A stretch of DNA of 64,000 nt, taken from positions 27,528,001 through 27,592,000 of the forward strand of contig OZ024747.1 in assembly GCA_964016885.1 (NCBI GenBank), written 5' to 3'. Source of the stretch: Eledone cirrhosa. Taxonomy: Eukaryota. Of the stretch, positions 1 through 48,654 are shown one piece after another (within the stretch, counting starts at the first letter, position 1; every line of letters begins with the position of its first letter). The notes beneath the pieces are model-generated. The model worked only from the letters and a program-made list of their open reading frames with translations. It was not told the origin of the DNA and ran no database searches. The position numbers and the translations under genes were made by a program.

Positions 1-24
1 ACACATATATATATATATACACAA

Positions 25-71
<47 letters not shown>

Positions 72-310
72 AACACACACACACATATATATACACACAC
101 ATACACAAACACACACACACACATTTATATCTTTTAGCAGAACATTTTAATATTGCCACTCAATGAAAACCCTTTGTTTGTTTGGAATAAATGAATCTTG
201 AAAATTAGGAGTGTCTGTCAGTGTGTATGTGTTTGTCTACTTAGCATCAATTTACTACCCTCCCCTACCACCAGAAAATGTATAAATACCACCATATTAC
301 ATTGACAGTC

Positions 311-362
311 GGCTTTTCTGATGATTTCCTCCGAATGAAACAGTTCTAGTCCTGTTGAAGCC
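311..362 (+). ncRNA. Type I hammerhead-like motif (same family as 42122)
   Basis: GGCTTTT-CTGATGA-TTTC(CTCC)GAAT-GAAACAG...CTGTT-GAAGCC. Confidence 0.6.
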
Positions 363-454
363 ATTTCTATATTAAATATATATATATACTCTTTTAGCTG
401 TTCCAGCCATCCGGCTGAGACCATGATTGGGTACTGCCCTTGTTGCTACACATT

Positions 455-960
455 CTATCTCCAGCCTGTGTTGGCTGGCCATTGATGTAAGAGGGAGTTC
501 GTTGCTGCTGCCCTTAGGTTACCTTCGTACCGTGATGTGGGCTCGTCCGGGATCCTGGATAACAGGGTGTCGAGAAGTTTCTTGAAAATATCCACGGCCT
601 CACCATGTAGATCTCTCAAATCCCTCGGCAGTTTGTTGAAGAGTTGAGGGCCTTTGAACCCCAGTCTATTGCAATATCTGCTTTTTGTTCTAGATGTGGA
701 AGACGGGACCTTTGTCACCACACAGTTTGGCGCTAGTCCCTCCAGGATTTTCCATATGTATATCACTGCGTATCTCTCCCGTCTTCGTTCCAAGGAGTAG
801 AGTTTCAGTTCTTTTAGCCTCTCCCAGTAGCTCATCTCCTTCATCGTGCAATCCTCTTAGTGTAGCTTCGTTGGATTGTCTCAAGTTCCGTGGTTAGTTT
901 GATACTATGGGGGTGACCACAGCTGGGAGCAATAGTCCAGGCAGCTTAGGACAAATGGCC
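455..960 (-). mobile_element. CR1/L2-group LINE 3' fragment
   Basis: MSYWERLKELKLYSLERRRERY...IYIWKI, GPQLFNKLP and FKKLLD, typical of the ORF2 C-terminus. Confidence 0.75.
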
Positions 961-1133
961 TTCATAGTATCAACATGGTCTCCCGGTCTCTTATATAGAA
1001 AACCTCAAATAAAAAGTCAAGATTTGTTTCGATTTAACAGAGCAGAAAGAATTCGCGTCAGAATATTCCAACCAATCCAGCCTATATCAGCTGAATAAAT
1101 ATGTATATGGAGATATATATACACACCCACATG

Positions 1134-1201
<68 letters not shown>

Positions 1202-1280
1202 CACGCACACACACATATATATATACACACACACACACACACTCAAACACACACACATACATACACGCATGCATGTATAC

Positions 1281-1864
1281 ATGATGGCTGCCCCCTCGTT
1301 ATCGAGTATGGCCATTGCACGATATACCATTATTAATAATTATTAATTAATTCTATCGTGTAATGCCTGTGCATGAAGATATTTTTTTAAATGAGGAAAG
1401 ACTGTGCACTGAGCCAATCCCACTCTCTGAGCGACAGTAGCTATAACCCGAAAAGAAGAAAATATCAACATCATCGGTAACTACTGAGCCGCAGATTTTA
1501 TATCGGAGTTATCCCAGTTTCCTGAGTTGCCTTCTCCTAGAAGAATGCCCTGACAAAGGCTAGGGGTCCTTCACTCTCAGTGGTTTAACCGCGCGATCGG
1601 GTGTCCAGCCCGATTATTTCTATGTCCCCGCGCATGTACATACACATGCACCCATGTATATACACATATACATATACATACATATGTACATGTGTATATA
1701 CATATTTACACACTTTTGGATGGCCGTTGACTCTTATGAGATCTTCCGCCCTTTGTCAGGTTTTGTTTTTTGTCCTGCAGGGTGTCCAAAATCACCCTCC
1801 TCACCAAGTAAACTTGGTGGGGTTGCCGGTTTTGTCGCCGACGACCCGACCATGCGACAGGTTC
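1281..1864 (-). mobile_element. About 0.5-kb non-autonomous retroelement (RTE-related SINE-like) with (ATGT)n tail
   Basis: Closely similar copies at 36986-37430 and 63412-63889 in the opposite orientation; diverged copies near 23880-24250 and 48980-49470. Confidence 0.65.
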
Positions 1865-3750
1865 CACGTGACTGCACCACCTCAACCGATACCGAAAGAT
1901 TATGCTCTCTATAGTCACGCACCTGCTCCGTTCTAGAACTTCCAAATCACTGGCGAACATTTTCCACCACACCCCAAGTAACTTATGAAGAGATTGTTGG
2001 TGAAATCTCTCCAGATCCTTGAGGTGCTTTCTGTATGTGACCCACGTTTCACAAACATAAAGTAAAGAGGAGACGACACAAGTCAGATACACTTTCACCT
2101 TGGTTTCGATAGTGATACCTCGTCTGGACCATAAACGTTGATGCAGCCGTCCAAAAGCATCACTGGCTTTCTTGATTCTTAAGGATATTTCATTATCATG
2201 TGTGCATGAAGTGTTCAACGTACTACCAAGGTAAACAAACTTGTCAGCAACTTTTAGCCTCTTTCCGTACACGTACACACTTGGTGCAGTGTACTCGTTT
2301 CCAGGTACTGTCTGATACATCACAACAGTCTTTTCCAAGCTTATTGTGACGCCCAAAGTGCTGCAAGCTGCAGAAAAAGAGTTCATAATATGCTGCATAT
2401 CACTTTGTGAGTGTGCAAAAAGATCGCAGTCGTCTGCATACAAAAACTCTCGGATTATAGATGTTAATACCTTTGTGCTTGTACCAAAGCGCCTGGTGTT
2501 GAACAACCTTTCTGAAGTGCGATACCTGATGTAAACCCCATGAGAACAATATTTGAATGCCATGAGAAACACTATTGTAAAATATAAGGAAAACAGAGTT
2601 GGAGCAGGAGTGCCCCCCCCCCCCCCCCCCCCTGCTTCACTCCATTTTCAACTATTATTGGTTCAGAGTTGCTACCACCAAAACTGACCAAAGCCTTCAT
2701 GTCATCATGGAAAAGATGCAGAATCTTCTACCCTACCTTGGATTTTTTTCCCACAACGCAGTTCGATTGACAGTGTCAAAGGCCTTTGTCAAGTCAACAA
2801 AGACCTGGTAAAGGTCCATACATTGTTCGATACACTTTTCTTGCAGAAACGGTCATATCCTCTTTCGTTTCTGAACCCACACTGCGACTCAGGCAACACA
2901 TTCAGAGCAACTCTTGGGATCAATCTATCCATCAATATTCGACACGACTTTACCAACTACTGAAAGAAGGGATATGACATGATAATTGCCACATTTGTCC
3001 TTGCCGTCCTTTCCTTTATGGAGAATCACCATGAGCGCATCCTTCTTGTGGGACATTCTCATCTTCCACCACCATTTTCATGAGGTCAGTCAGGCGCTGC
3101 GTGAAGTTTTCACCACCACACTTCAAAACCGCTCCACTCAGACCATCCATACCAGAAGACTTACCACAGTTCAGCTTATGCACAACAGAAGTCCCCTCTG
3201 CAAGAGAAGATACATCAGCCATCTCATATGCTTCACTGGTTCAATAGGAATGGAACAAATTAAATCATCATTAACCTGGGATGGCTGGTTTAAGAGCTCA
3301 TCAAAGTGATCTCTCTATTTGTCGAGTGTCTTTTGGGTCGCGCAGTAATTGCTTGCCATCTTTCGATCTCAAAGGGGCCACTGGAGAGCTGAAAGGGCCA
3401 TACACCTCTGTGAGTAGAAAGTGCGGCAGTTTCACATTGTTGCCGTCAGATGCCACTTGAACTTCATCTGCTTTGTTGCTCCACCAGGTATTTTGCATAG
3501 CCCTGAGTTTCACCTTCTTCTTTACCTGTCTGTAACGCTCCCTTCTTTCTTTACCTGTCTGTAACGCTCATAATTGTCACCAACAGAGCTACCACCTTTA
3601 AGAACTGCATCAAGTGCCTTTTGTTTTCTGTCTAGCAGAGCCTTGACCTCCTGGTCATTCTCATCAAACTAGTCCTTGTTTTCTTGTGACAAAGCCAAGG
3701 ACCTCTGCTGAAGCCTCATAGACCGAGCTCCTGAAGTCCTTCCAGTTATT
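1865..3750 (-). mobile_element. Decayed RTE-clade LINE ORF (reverse transcriptase)
   Basis: FLYADD, VFVDLTKAFDTVN, FVYLGS, LLYVCETW, RLRW and LNCGKSSGMDG, broken by frameshifts. Confidence 0.85.
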
Positions 3751-4518
3751 CTCATACACGCATACATACTTACATATATACATGTATACATACATGCATA
3801 CATCCATACATACATCCATCCATCCATACATACATGTATACACACATACATACATACATACATCCATACGTGTATACATACATACATACAATGGTTAACG
3901 TGTTTGACTGACGACCATAAGTTCATGGGTTCATATTTGGGACCGGGTAGTTATTGAATCAACCTGATATCAATGTTTATTATACAGCACACTTCCTCTT
4001 TGGTATAATATGACACATAGCAATATCTAACATAGTACCCATCTAATCTGTTATAATATGATTTACCTTTCCTCTGTGAAGGTACATGCCTTAGGGGTTA
4101 CGGTACTGGACTAACCATTATAAAGTCATGGGCTCGTTTCTTCGATCCTGCAGCATGTTGCGTCCTTCAGTAAAATACTTTAGTTCGTGTAGCATCTTCT
4201 ACCAGGACTTGCGGCAGACAGATAATATCAGTAATGGAAAAAACCTTGTTTCATTAGTATGACCTGGAAATCAGTTCCACTCTATTTATCTTCTTTATTA
4301 AAGACAATCAAATTATTTTTTATTTTATTCTTTTTCTTATTTTTCCATGTTTGTTAAATAAATTCCAAAAAATCGAACTAAATTGAAATTTTGTAATAAA
4401 ATTTCCATAAAAGTTAATGTTTACAATACAATAAAATGTAATAAAATGTATTGAAGTCGACGAAATGTGGACCTTCAATTTTGAAAGATGGATAATGCTA
4501 TAAGCAGACCTTACAATA

Positions 4519-4745
4519 TTGTACCACAATTTTCCTTTGTGCAAAAGTGGGCAGCCGAATTTAGGAAAGGATAGGGGATTCTTGAAGATGACCCAATGTC
4601 TGGACGTCCTACAACTGCCACTACCGAGGAAAACATTGATCTCAGTACTGCAACACCGATGGAAGAAGTGTGTGGAACTATGTTGAAAAATAAACCTCAT
4701 TTGGTCACATTCCATGAGAGTATCTTTGTCAACCCTCGTATCTAT
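4519..4745 (+). mobile_element. Internally deleted mariner transposon remnant
   Basis: WAAEFRKG..LEDDPMSGRPTTATTEENID fused directly to LQHRWKKCVEL..VEK* (mariner HTH region and C-terminus). Confidence 0.75.
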
Positions 4746-5632
4746 GCGCAATATACGTAAAGATACAGAATTGCGGGCACTACAACGCTATTAGCTGTCA
4801 TATTTGTTGGTGAAAAAAATTTGATTATAAAACTTAAATTTATGTATGACTTGTTTTCTACATTGATAACCATGATTTGTTTTCTAATTAACTTAAATTT
4901 GTTTTCTAATTTGGCCCTTTTAAGGGCCACCTATATTTTCATTTAAGTAACTCCACTTACATCGATATGCTTTATAACCATGACTTGTTTTCTATTTGTT
5001 TTTTCTATTTGTTTTCTAATTTGGCCCTTTTAAGTCTTCCCCCTCTCTCCCTCTTCCCTATCTCTCCTCTTCACTCTCTCTCTAAAATAAAACGCGTGGA
5101 AACTCCACTTACGCGTGGAAGTAATACGGAAATAAACGATGTTGACGAGTGACGTCACCTTCGCCTGTTTTCCACTGAACTGACAGCTAATAGCGTTGTA
5201 GTGCCCGAATTAGCAAAGTCATTAGATCGTCAGATACAATATTTTGCAGTATTCCTTCTGATACTCTTCCATTGGAATTCAAATCCCATTGAGGTCAACA
5301 TTGCCTTTCATCCTTTCGGCAACATTGAGGTCAACATTGTCTTTCATCCTTTCAGGCATGATACGAGTTCTTTACATTCAAATTCCACCTAGGGATTTAA
5401 ATCCTACCACAGAACCTCAATCGACTATGAAAACTACAATGAGTGGAAGATTGTGGCTGCCTGTTACTGCAATGGAACAAGGGACAGGGCTAATCAATCG
5501 ACTACAGAACCACAAATGATTATGAAAGCTGCAATGAGTGAAGGAAGATTGTGGTTGTTTGACAAGGGTCGAGCAAGCTTCCATGGAGGCGCCTCGCTGA
5601 AAATTTCATTGGGATCCTTGCGTATTATTTAT

Positions 5633-6300
5633 GGTGAATTGGCAGTATCGGTAGAGGGTCGGACGCTATGCTTTGACGTTTAGAGTTACGGCCCTTGTCA
5701 TTCTGAGTTCGAATCCCGCCGAGGTTGACTTTGCCTTTCATCCTTACGGGGTCGATAAAATAAAGTACCAGTAATGCACTGGGTAATTGCTGGCCTTGTG
5801 CCTAAAGTAGAAACAATTATTAGGACTAATTGTTGGCCTTGTGCCCAAAAGTAGAAAATTATTAGGACTCTGTAAAGGGAGGTGAATTGGCAGTATCGGT
5901 AGAGGGTCGGACATGCTTTCCAGCATAGTTACGGCCCTTTATGATCTGAGTTTAAATCCCTCTAAGGTTAACTTAGCCTTTCATCCTTACGGGGTCGATA
6001 AAATAAAGTACCAGTAATGTACTGGTGATTTGCTGGCCTTGTGCCAAAAGTAGAAACAATTATTAGGACTCTGTAGAGCAGTGGATTGTGGTATCGATAG
6101 GGATTCGGACTCCATGCTTTGCAGCATAGAGTTACGGCCCTTTATGATCTGAGTTCAAATCCCGCCGAGGATAACTTTGCCTTTCATCCTTACGGAGTCG
6201 ATAAAATAAAGTACTAGTCACGCACTGAGGTCGATTTAATCGACTTTCCCCTTACCCAAAATTGATGGCCTTGTGCCTCTATAAGGAACCAATATTAGGA
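5633..6300 (+). mobile_element. Three tandem tRNA-derived SINEs (Meta-core-like family)
   Basis: B box GTTC(G/A)AATCCC, then GCCTTTCATCCTTACGGGGTCGATAAAATAAAGTACCAG, which resembles the core of Sauria/MetaSINEs. More than 12 copies occur in the window. Confidence 0.8.
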
Positions 6301-7152
6301 CTCTAACAATACTATATATTTGGGGTGAGACGTGAGGTATAGTCGTTTATATCGTTTCCTAGTATTTTACTGGTACTTTATTTCTACGACATCCCTGGAA
6401 AATAGTAAACAAAACCATCTTAACTCAGAAGATAAAGGGACATAACTAAACCCTTTTTCTGTGTTTAATTGAATGGCTACAACAGGCAACATTGCCAGAG
6501 TATTGTCCCTTCGCAATGAAATCTTCAACCATAAGAGATCCCGTAAGCACTAGTGCCTCCGAAAATTTGAAGTGCCTCGAGGAAAGCTACAAAATACCTG
6601 AAAGCCTAGGAAGCTGAGATGTTTTGCCTTTGAAAAGAAAGTTAAAGTTTTGTTTGTTTTCCGGACAGTAGAGTTCTGGTTATACTCTCTCTAAAGCATT
6701 CAGGGTAATGTTGTCATTATTGAAATTTCATCCGCTAAATATTTTTTATCGTATTTGTAATTAACGTGAGCAAAGCATGGCTATTAACTACCCAAGTGTT
6801 AACAGAAAAGAACTAGAACGATCGTCAACATATATGAGACATAAAAATCATGGACGTGGTGTTATACCTTTCCCTTTACCAGTTAACAAAGCAAACTTTT
6901 AATACACAGAATTTCAGTACATTTTCTCGCCATTGTAGATGATATATCATTAGTCCACATTTCATTAAACGCTAATTAGACAGAAATTATGTCTTTAAGA
7001 ACAAAAACAAAATGCTTATTTGTTTTGTTTATTTTTATTTTTTAGTTATATTTTTATTTCATAGGATACATGTTTTATAATTTTGGGGGTTTCAATTAAA
7101 CATTTATGTAAGAAATGATTGAAAGAAACTATTTTAATTCATTATAAAACCA

Positions 7153-7158
7153 TTTATT
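7153..7158 (-). terminator. Candidate polyadenylation signal AATAAA
   Basis: AATAAA about 160 nt after the stop codon; other candidates lie near 7030-7060. Confidence 0.4.
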
Positions 7159-7319
7159 TTAACATTATTCTATTTGCTAATAAGGGCTAATACAACCAAG
7201 GTAAGATTCAAACATTTAAAAAGTAAATGTTATTTTTAAACCTCATTTATGGAACCAATAACTTAGATATATACTAAGGGATCGGCACCAAATTTTGGTT
7301 GTGGATCAGCTTTTCCTTT

Positions 7320-43278
<35,959 letters not shown>

Positions 43279-43325
43279 GGCGACGATTAATGTGAGATCG
43301 CGCATCAAACCAACTGGAGTTTAGC

Positions 43326-43332
43326 TTTTATA
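43326..43332 (-). promoter_or_regulatory. TATA box of the LLTP gene
   Basis: TATAAAA on the minus strand about 48 nt upstream of the ATG. Confidence 0.65.
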
Positions 43333-43489
43333 GTTAGCTGCTATCGTGGTCGTTGTGGCACCCATTGATCAACTACCATCAACAATTGACCAATAAGATT
43401 ACACATTTGATCAGTCAATCAGTTGGTTGGTTGGCAGGTTTGTTGGCTGGTTGGTACAGCTTTCAAGAAAAGTTTTGATATAAAACTTA

Positions 43490-44190
43490 GGTGGTGTTGG
43501 TGGTGTTGATAATGTTTGGGTGGTAGTGGTGGTGTTGGTGGTGTTGTTAGTAGTGTTAGGGAGGTGGTGGTGGTGTTTGGTGTGGTGTTGGTGGTGTTGT
43601 TAGTAGTTTTAGGAAGGCGGTGGTGTTGGTGGTGGTGGTGGTGGTGTTAGGGTGGTGTTGTAGTTGTTATTGTTTTTACTGATGGTGGTGGAGAGTTAAC
43701 CAAAATTCTGCTTACGTGGTTGCTGTTTGATGGTGGTGTCAGTGGTGGTGGTGATGTTGGTGGCAATGGCAGTGATGTTTTTGTTACTGTTGTTGTAGTG
43801 GTGATAGCAGTGGAGGTGGTTGTGATGAGAATGATAGTGATGTTGTTGTTGCTGTGGTGGTAGTGGTGTTGGCAGTGATGTTGCTGGTGGTGGTGGTGGT
43901 GGTGGTGGTAGTGATAATGATGGTGGGGTAGGGTGGGGTGGTGATGGTAGTAGTGGTGATGGTGCTGGTGGTGATGGTGGTAGAGATGGTGGTGGAGATG
44001 GTGGGGATGGTGGTGGTGGTGGTGGTGGTGGTGGTGGTGGTGATGGTACACAAGTTGAAATTTTGTTGTCATTTGGCAACTCTGATAGATGAATGTAAAC
44101 AATTTCATTCCAAATACATCCCTCCCCACCCCACCCCCCACCACCACCACCAACACATCCCCCAACACATCCACCAACACCCCCCAACAC
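43490..44190. repeat. (GGT)n-rich low-complexity tract followed by a (CCA)n-rich tract
   Basis: Trinucleotide-like repeats directly upstream of the LLTP promoter. Confidence 0.85.
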
Positions 44191-44294
44191 TTCCCCAATA
44201 TCCCTCTCTCAAATGTAAGCAAAAATAATGTTTTTCTTTATATTTCATTTTTTTGTCATGAACCTGAAAATTTCAATAACAATAATAAAAATGA

Positions 44295-44752
44295 TTGTTT
44301 CTACATTAGGCACAAGGCCAGCAATTTGAAGGGGGGGGGGGGGGGGGGGTGGAGTCTATTAAATCGACCCCAGTGCATTACTGGTACTTTATTTTATTAA
44401 CTCTGTAAGGAAGAAAGACAAAGTTAACCTTGGCAGGTTTTGAACTCAGACCATAAAAGGTCGTAACTCTATGCAGCAAAACATATTGTCCGACGCTCTA
44501 CTGACTCTGCCAATCTAAATAACAATAATAATGATATAATGATTTCTGATTTAGGCACAAGGCCAACAATTTGGGGGAAGGGAAAAGTTGATTAAATCAA
44601 CCCCAGTGTGTGACTGGTACTTTATTTTATCAACCCTGTAAGTATACAAGACAAAGCTAGCTTTGGCATGATTTGAACTCAGAACATAAAGGGCTGTACT
44701 TCTATGAGCGAAGCATGGTGTCCAACGCTCTACCGATACTACCAATCCACTA
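44295..44752 (-). mobile_element. Two Meta-like SINE copies
   Basis: Reverse complement of the 5633 family, more diverged. Confidence 0.7.
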
Positions 44753-45139
44753 CCCTAATGTTTTCTTTACTGATCACAAAGGGTTTAACTTTCATTTTAA
44801 TAATAGAATGCACAGTATTTCTTTTGTGCATTATACCACTTCTGTTTCTGAAAGAATGGGAATAAATTATATCTTGTGTATTATATGACCATGGAGTACA
44901 GACATATGATTTGTTTTTTTGTATTTTTTTGTAAATTTTGAGGGGAAAGTTGATGAAATCAATCCCAATACGTTACTGGTGCTTTATTTTATCGACCCAA
45001 GAAGGATGAAAGGTAAAGTTGACTTCGGTAGGTTTTGAACTTCATATGTAAAGAGCTTGAACAAATGCTGGAAAGCATTTGCCTATCACTCAAACGATTT
45101 TGACAAGTATGATAATAATAATTTCTTTATTATTACCAT

Positions 45140-45492
45140 AAGGCTGGGCCATATTAACCCATGGGTTCCAAGTCTTTCAGGTATTTCAGCCCCTCCCCCT
45201 CTATCATTTCACTATAGCTGGCACCCTGGACCATATTAACCCATGAGTGGGTCCCGAGTCTTTCAAATATTTCAGCTCCACCCACCCATTCCACCTTTCA
45301 CTTCACTACAGCTGGCACCTTGGGTTATATTAATCCATAGCTGTGTCCTGAGTCTTTCACATATTTCACCCCCCCCCCCCCCCCCCCCCCCACTCACACA
45401 CACAGACTTTAGCACTTCAGTCTTTCACTTCACAACCACTGGCACCCTGGGCCATATTTAATCCATGGGTGAGTCTTTTAGATATTTCAGGA
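45140..45492. repeat. Degenerate tandem repeat of about 80-130 bp, about 4 copies
   Basis: Recurring CTGGGCCATATTAACCCATG...GAGTCTTTCA..TATTTCA. Confidence 0.7.
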
Positions 45493-48068
45493 CCTCTTTC
45501 ATACTTTAATCTTTCACCACACTAGTACAAAAAAATTGATGGACCTTTAGTCCTTGCAGAGCCCCTAAACTTCATCCTAGTCAACCTTGTGGCCCTTCCA
45601 CAAGAGTGATACATAAGGGAATAAATCAACCCAGTAATTGACTGGTACTTTATTTTAATGAAATAATAATGAGTTTTCATTTTGTCGCAAGGCCACTGCA
45701 AACCCATAATGTTTTCCTCCAGCCTACAAAAGATTGAATATAATTATATATCAGAGGAGTAATAGACATCTAAAAAACAACAACTTATCAAGTTATTTCC
45801 AGAAGAGATGATGCAAAGTATTTCACCTGGCATGACAACCTCTCTAGTACTGGTGCCATGTAAACTCTACCCACTATATTCTATAAGGTAGATGGTGATA
45901 GAAAAGAAATTTACCATATTCTTCCATGAGTACCACACATTTTTTTCCTTATTTGTTGGGTAGGTGGGGGGGGGGGGGGTACACCATAACTAAATGTTTC
46001 CAGCTTTTTTCAGACCTGTTCCTGAGAAAACAACCAGCAGAAGACAAGAAACTGGATCAAGAATCAACCAACACTGAGTACCTTTTGACTTTGATTATAC
46101 TTTTTCTTATACAATATTATGTATAATAAAATGCTTGAATAAATAATAATTTATAATGATGTGTAATTTAGGTACAAAGCCACCAATTTGGGGTGGAAAG
46201 TTGAAAAAATTGACTCAAGTATTTTACTGGTACTTCATTTTATCAATCCCAAAAGGATATAAGCACAATGCCAACGATTTTCAAGAGGAAGTGAACTGGG
46301 AGAATGAAAGACAAAATTATCTTCAACAGGTGGGATTTGAACTTGGAATATACAGAGCCAGACCAAATACCTCAAGATATTTTAACTAACGTTCCAACAA
46401 TTCTGCCAATAATAGTTATGATTTCTAATTTAAGCATAAGACTAGTAATTCTAAAGTTGATTAAGTTAACCCAGTACTTGACTGGTACTTATTTTATTGA
46501 CTCCAGTAGGATGAAAGGCAAAATTTGACCATAGTGAGATTTGAACAAAGCAAAGATTTTTTTCTATCCTCAAAGAAGACAAGTTCAAAACTAAAGTTGA
46601 ATTAAGAAATAATTATGGAGAAAAAGTAAAAAAAAAAAAAAATGGTGAAAAAGATAAGATCTAAATTGAAAACAGATCTCCAGAATGCTACACAAAAATA
46701 ATAGCAAAAAAAAAAAAATCTACATGATCAATACCTCAAAAAGGTGAATGGGAAGGAAATAGATAAGGAAAATTAACAACACTGGCTAAAAAGTGATGAA
46801 CTGAAGAATGTCAAAAACTGTTACTGAAGGATTTCAGAAAGAAGCTCAACATCAAATCCTCTCCACCAGAAACCACGAAAATTACACAATGAAGTAGCAC
46901 ATAGTAAGTAACTGCAGAATATGTTGTGTGGGAAAGAAAGGGAAAGAAACAATTAACCACAAGGAACCCCACTTCATTCCTCACACCATATCTATTGAAC
47001 TCTCTTGAACCCATCTATATTCCTTTCCACATGTCCATTCAAATCCCTCCTATTACATTTTCCATGTTTTCAATCATATTCTCTATTGCACATCAAATCT
47101 TGTCTTCTTCTTAACACTCAGACCTGCCTGTGGAGCTAATCCTGAACTGATGTTCACCAAAAACTTTCCAATCATTAGTTTCACCATTAACACTTTAGCA
47201 TTTACATTACTCTATATTTACAATTGCATTTTTGTGGTAAACACTTTATTTCACATAATGATCTCACATAATATCGAATCTATGAGATTTTGATATTATT
47301 TATTTAGCGAACAATAGTTTAACATAAGTATGAGCAGCTGGTTTCAGCTGGTTTGAACAGAAAGAGGTGAGAGAATTCTGGCCAGATATGGCCGGTTTAA
47401 ATGCTAAATAACTGTTCACTCACTCTAGTTACACTCACCACACTATCTATAAACTCAACAGAAATCAAAGAACCAACACTATGTAACACCTTCCAGACAC
47501 TCTTGTCATACAAACTTGTACTTCTGTCTTTGTCTTCCTCTCATCATTTTTGCACCACTTCTCTTCTATCTTGTCTCCTGCATTAAACATAAGTCCACTC
47601 TTCTATTTGGAACCTCCACCATCTCCACCACCTCTACCAATCTCTCTGTCATTATTCTTACATTCCCTCCTAAACCTCATTAGGCACTTTTTCATTATAA
47701 ATGAACTGAACTCCTTCCTTGTTTTAACCAACTTCCTCACCTTGAGGTTTGATGAGAGGAAGGGGTGACCATCCATGAGATACAAGTTGTACTCTGCTCA
47801 TATGTTATTATACCATCACAAGATCCCTTGTGAGGCATTGTTTTATGGTTGGATGCCTTTTCTGGTACCAACTCTTTTAATTGCCTCTTACGATATGCAG
47901 AAATACTGCGTGCCTATTCGAAACCGGATACTCACAGGATTGCATATATTATTTATTGGGTATATGATGTATACATTTTGTGTATACATAGTATACATAG
48001 TATATAAATTGTGTATTGTGTAGGTGTACATATTGTTTATGCAGCATGTATATTTTTATGTGTGTGTA

Positions 48069-48156
<88 letters not shown>

Positions 48157-48433
48157 GTACATACATATAACTACACACACATATACCAGAAGCAGGGTTA
48201 AAATTCTGTAAATGTGTAAATGTAAGGTGATTCAAAACAACATGTCAACATGTTGCATTGAATCACCTTACAGCTCAACCTCAAGAATAATTTAATTGAC
48301 ATATTGTCCTGAATGACCCTATGTCTTTGTTTCTATGGGAAGTGTACATGTTGTCACAGTCTGTACCTCTTAACACGAACACTCAACTATCTTAGTTCTA
48401 TCACCAACAGAACTCCATGTTAATTAATTTTAA

Positions 48434-48654
48434 CCCTTTAGCATTTAAACCAGCCATATCCAGCCGTAATTTTCTCACCTCTTTCTGTTCAAACTGGCTG
48501 TAACCGTTCATTCATACTTATGTTAAGGTATTGTTCTCAAAATATATAATATCAAAATCTCATAGATTCGATATTATGTGAGATAATTATGTAAGATAAC
48601 GCCTTTACCACAAAAATACAATAGTATATATAGAGTAATGTAAATGTTAAAGGG
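48434..48654. mobile_element. piggyBac-like MITE (second family)
   Basis: TTAA-CCCTTTAGCATTTA ... TAAATGTTAAAGGG-TTAA. Copies near 25585-25797, 39957-40184 and 47190-47408. Confidence 0.8.

Noticed and set aside
1017-1346. ORFs rich in YI, CV or HT repeats (also near 23478, 34263, 36759, 37930, 39161, 47949 and 58936)
   Set aside because: These are translations of (TA)n, (CA)n and (TATG)n microsatellites, not genes.
5633-5730. tRNA gene
   Set aside because: A/B-box-like heads continue into a SINE core and repeat many times; there is no complete cloverleaf.
6475-6553. Short ATG-initiated ORF MATTGNIARVLSLRNEIFNHKRSRKH
   Set aside because: Only 26 codons, with no recognisable motif or splice partner.
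43647-44228. Poly-His, poly-Pro, poly-Thr and poly-Val ORFs
   Set aside because: All frames are open simply because of the (GGT)n repeat; there is no splice or domain support.
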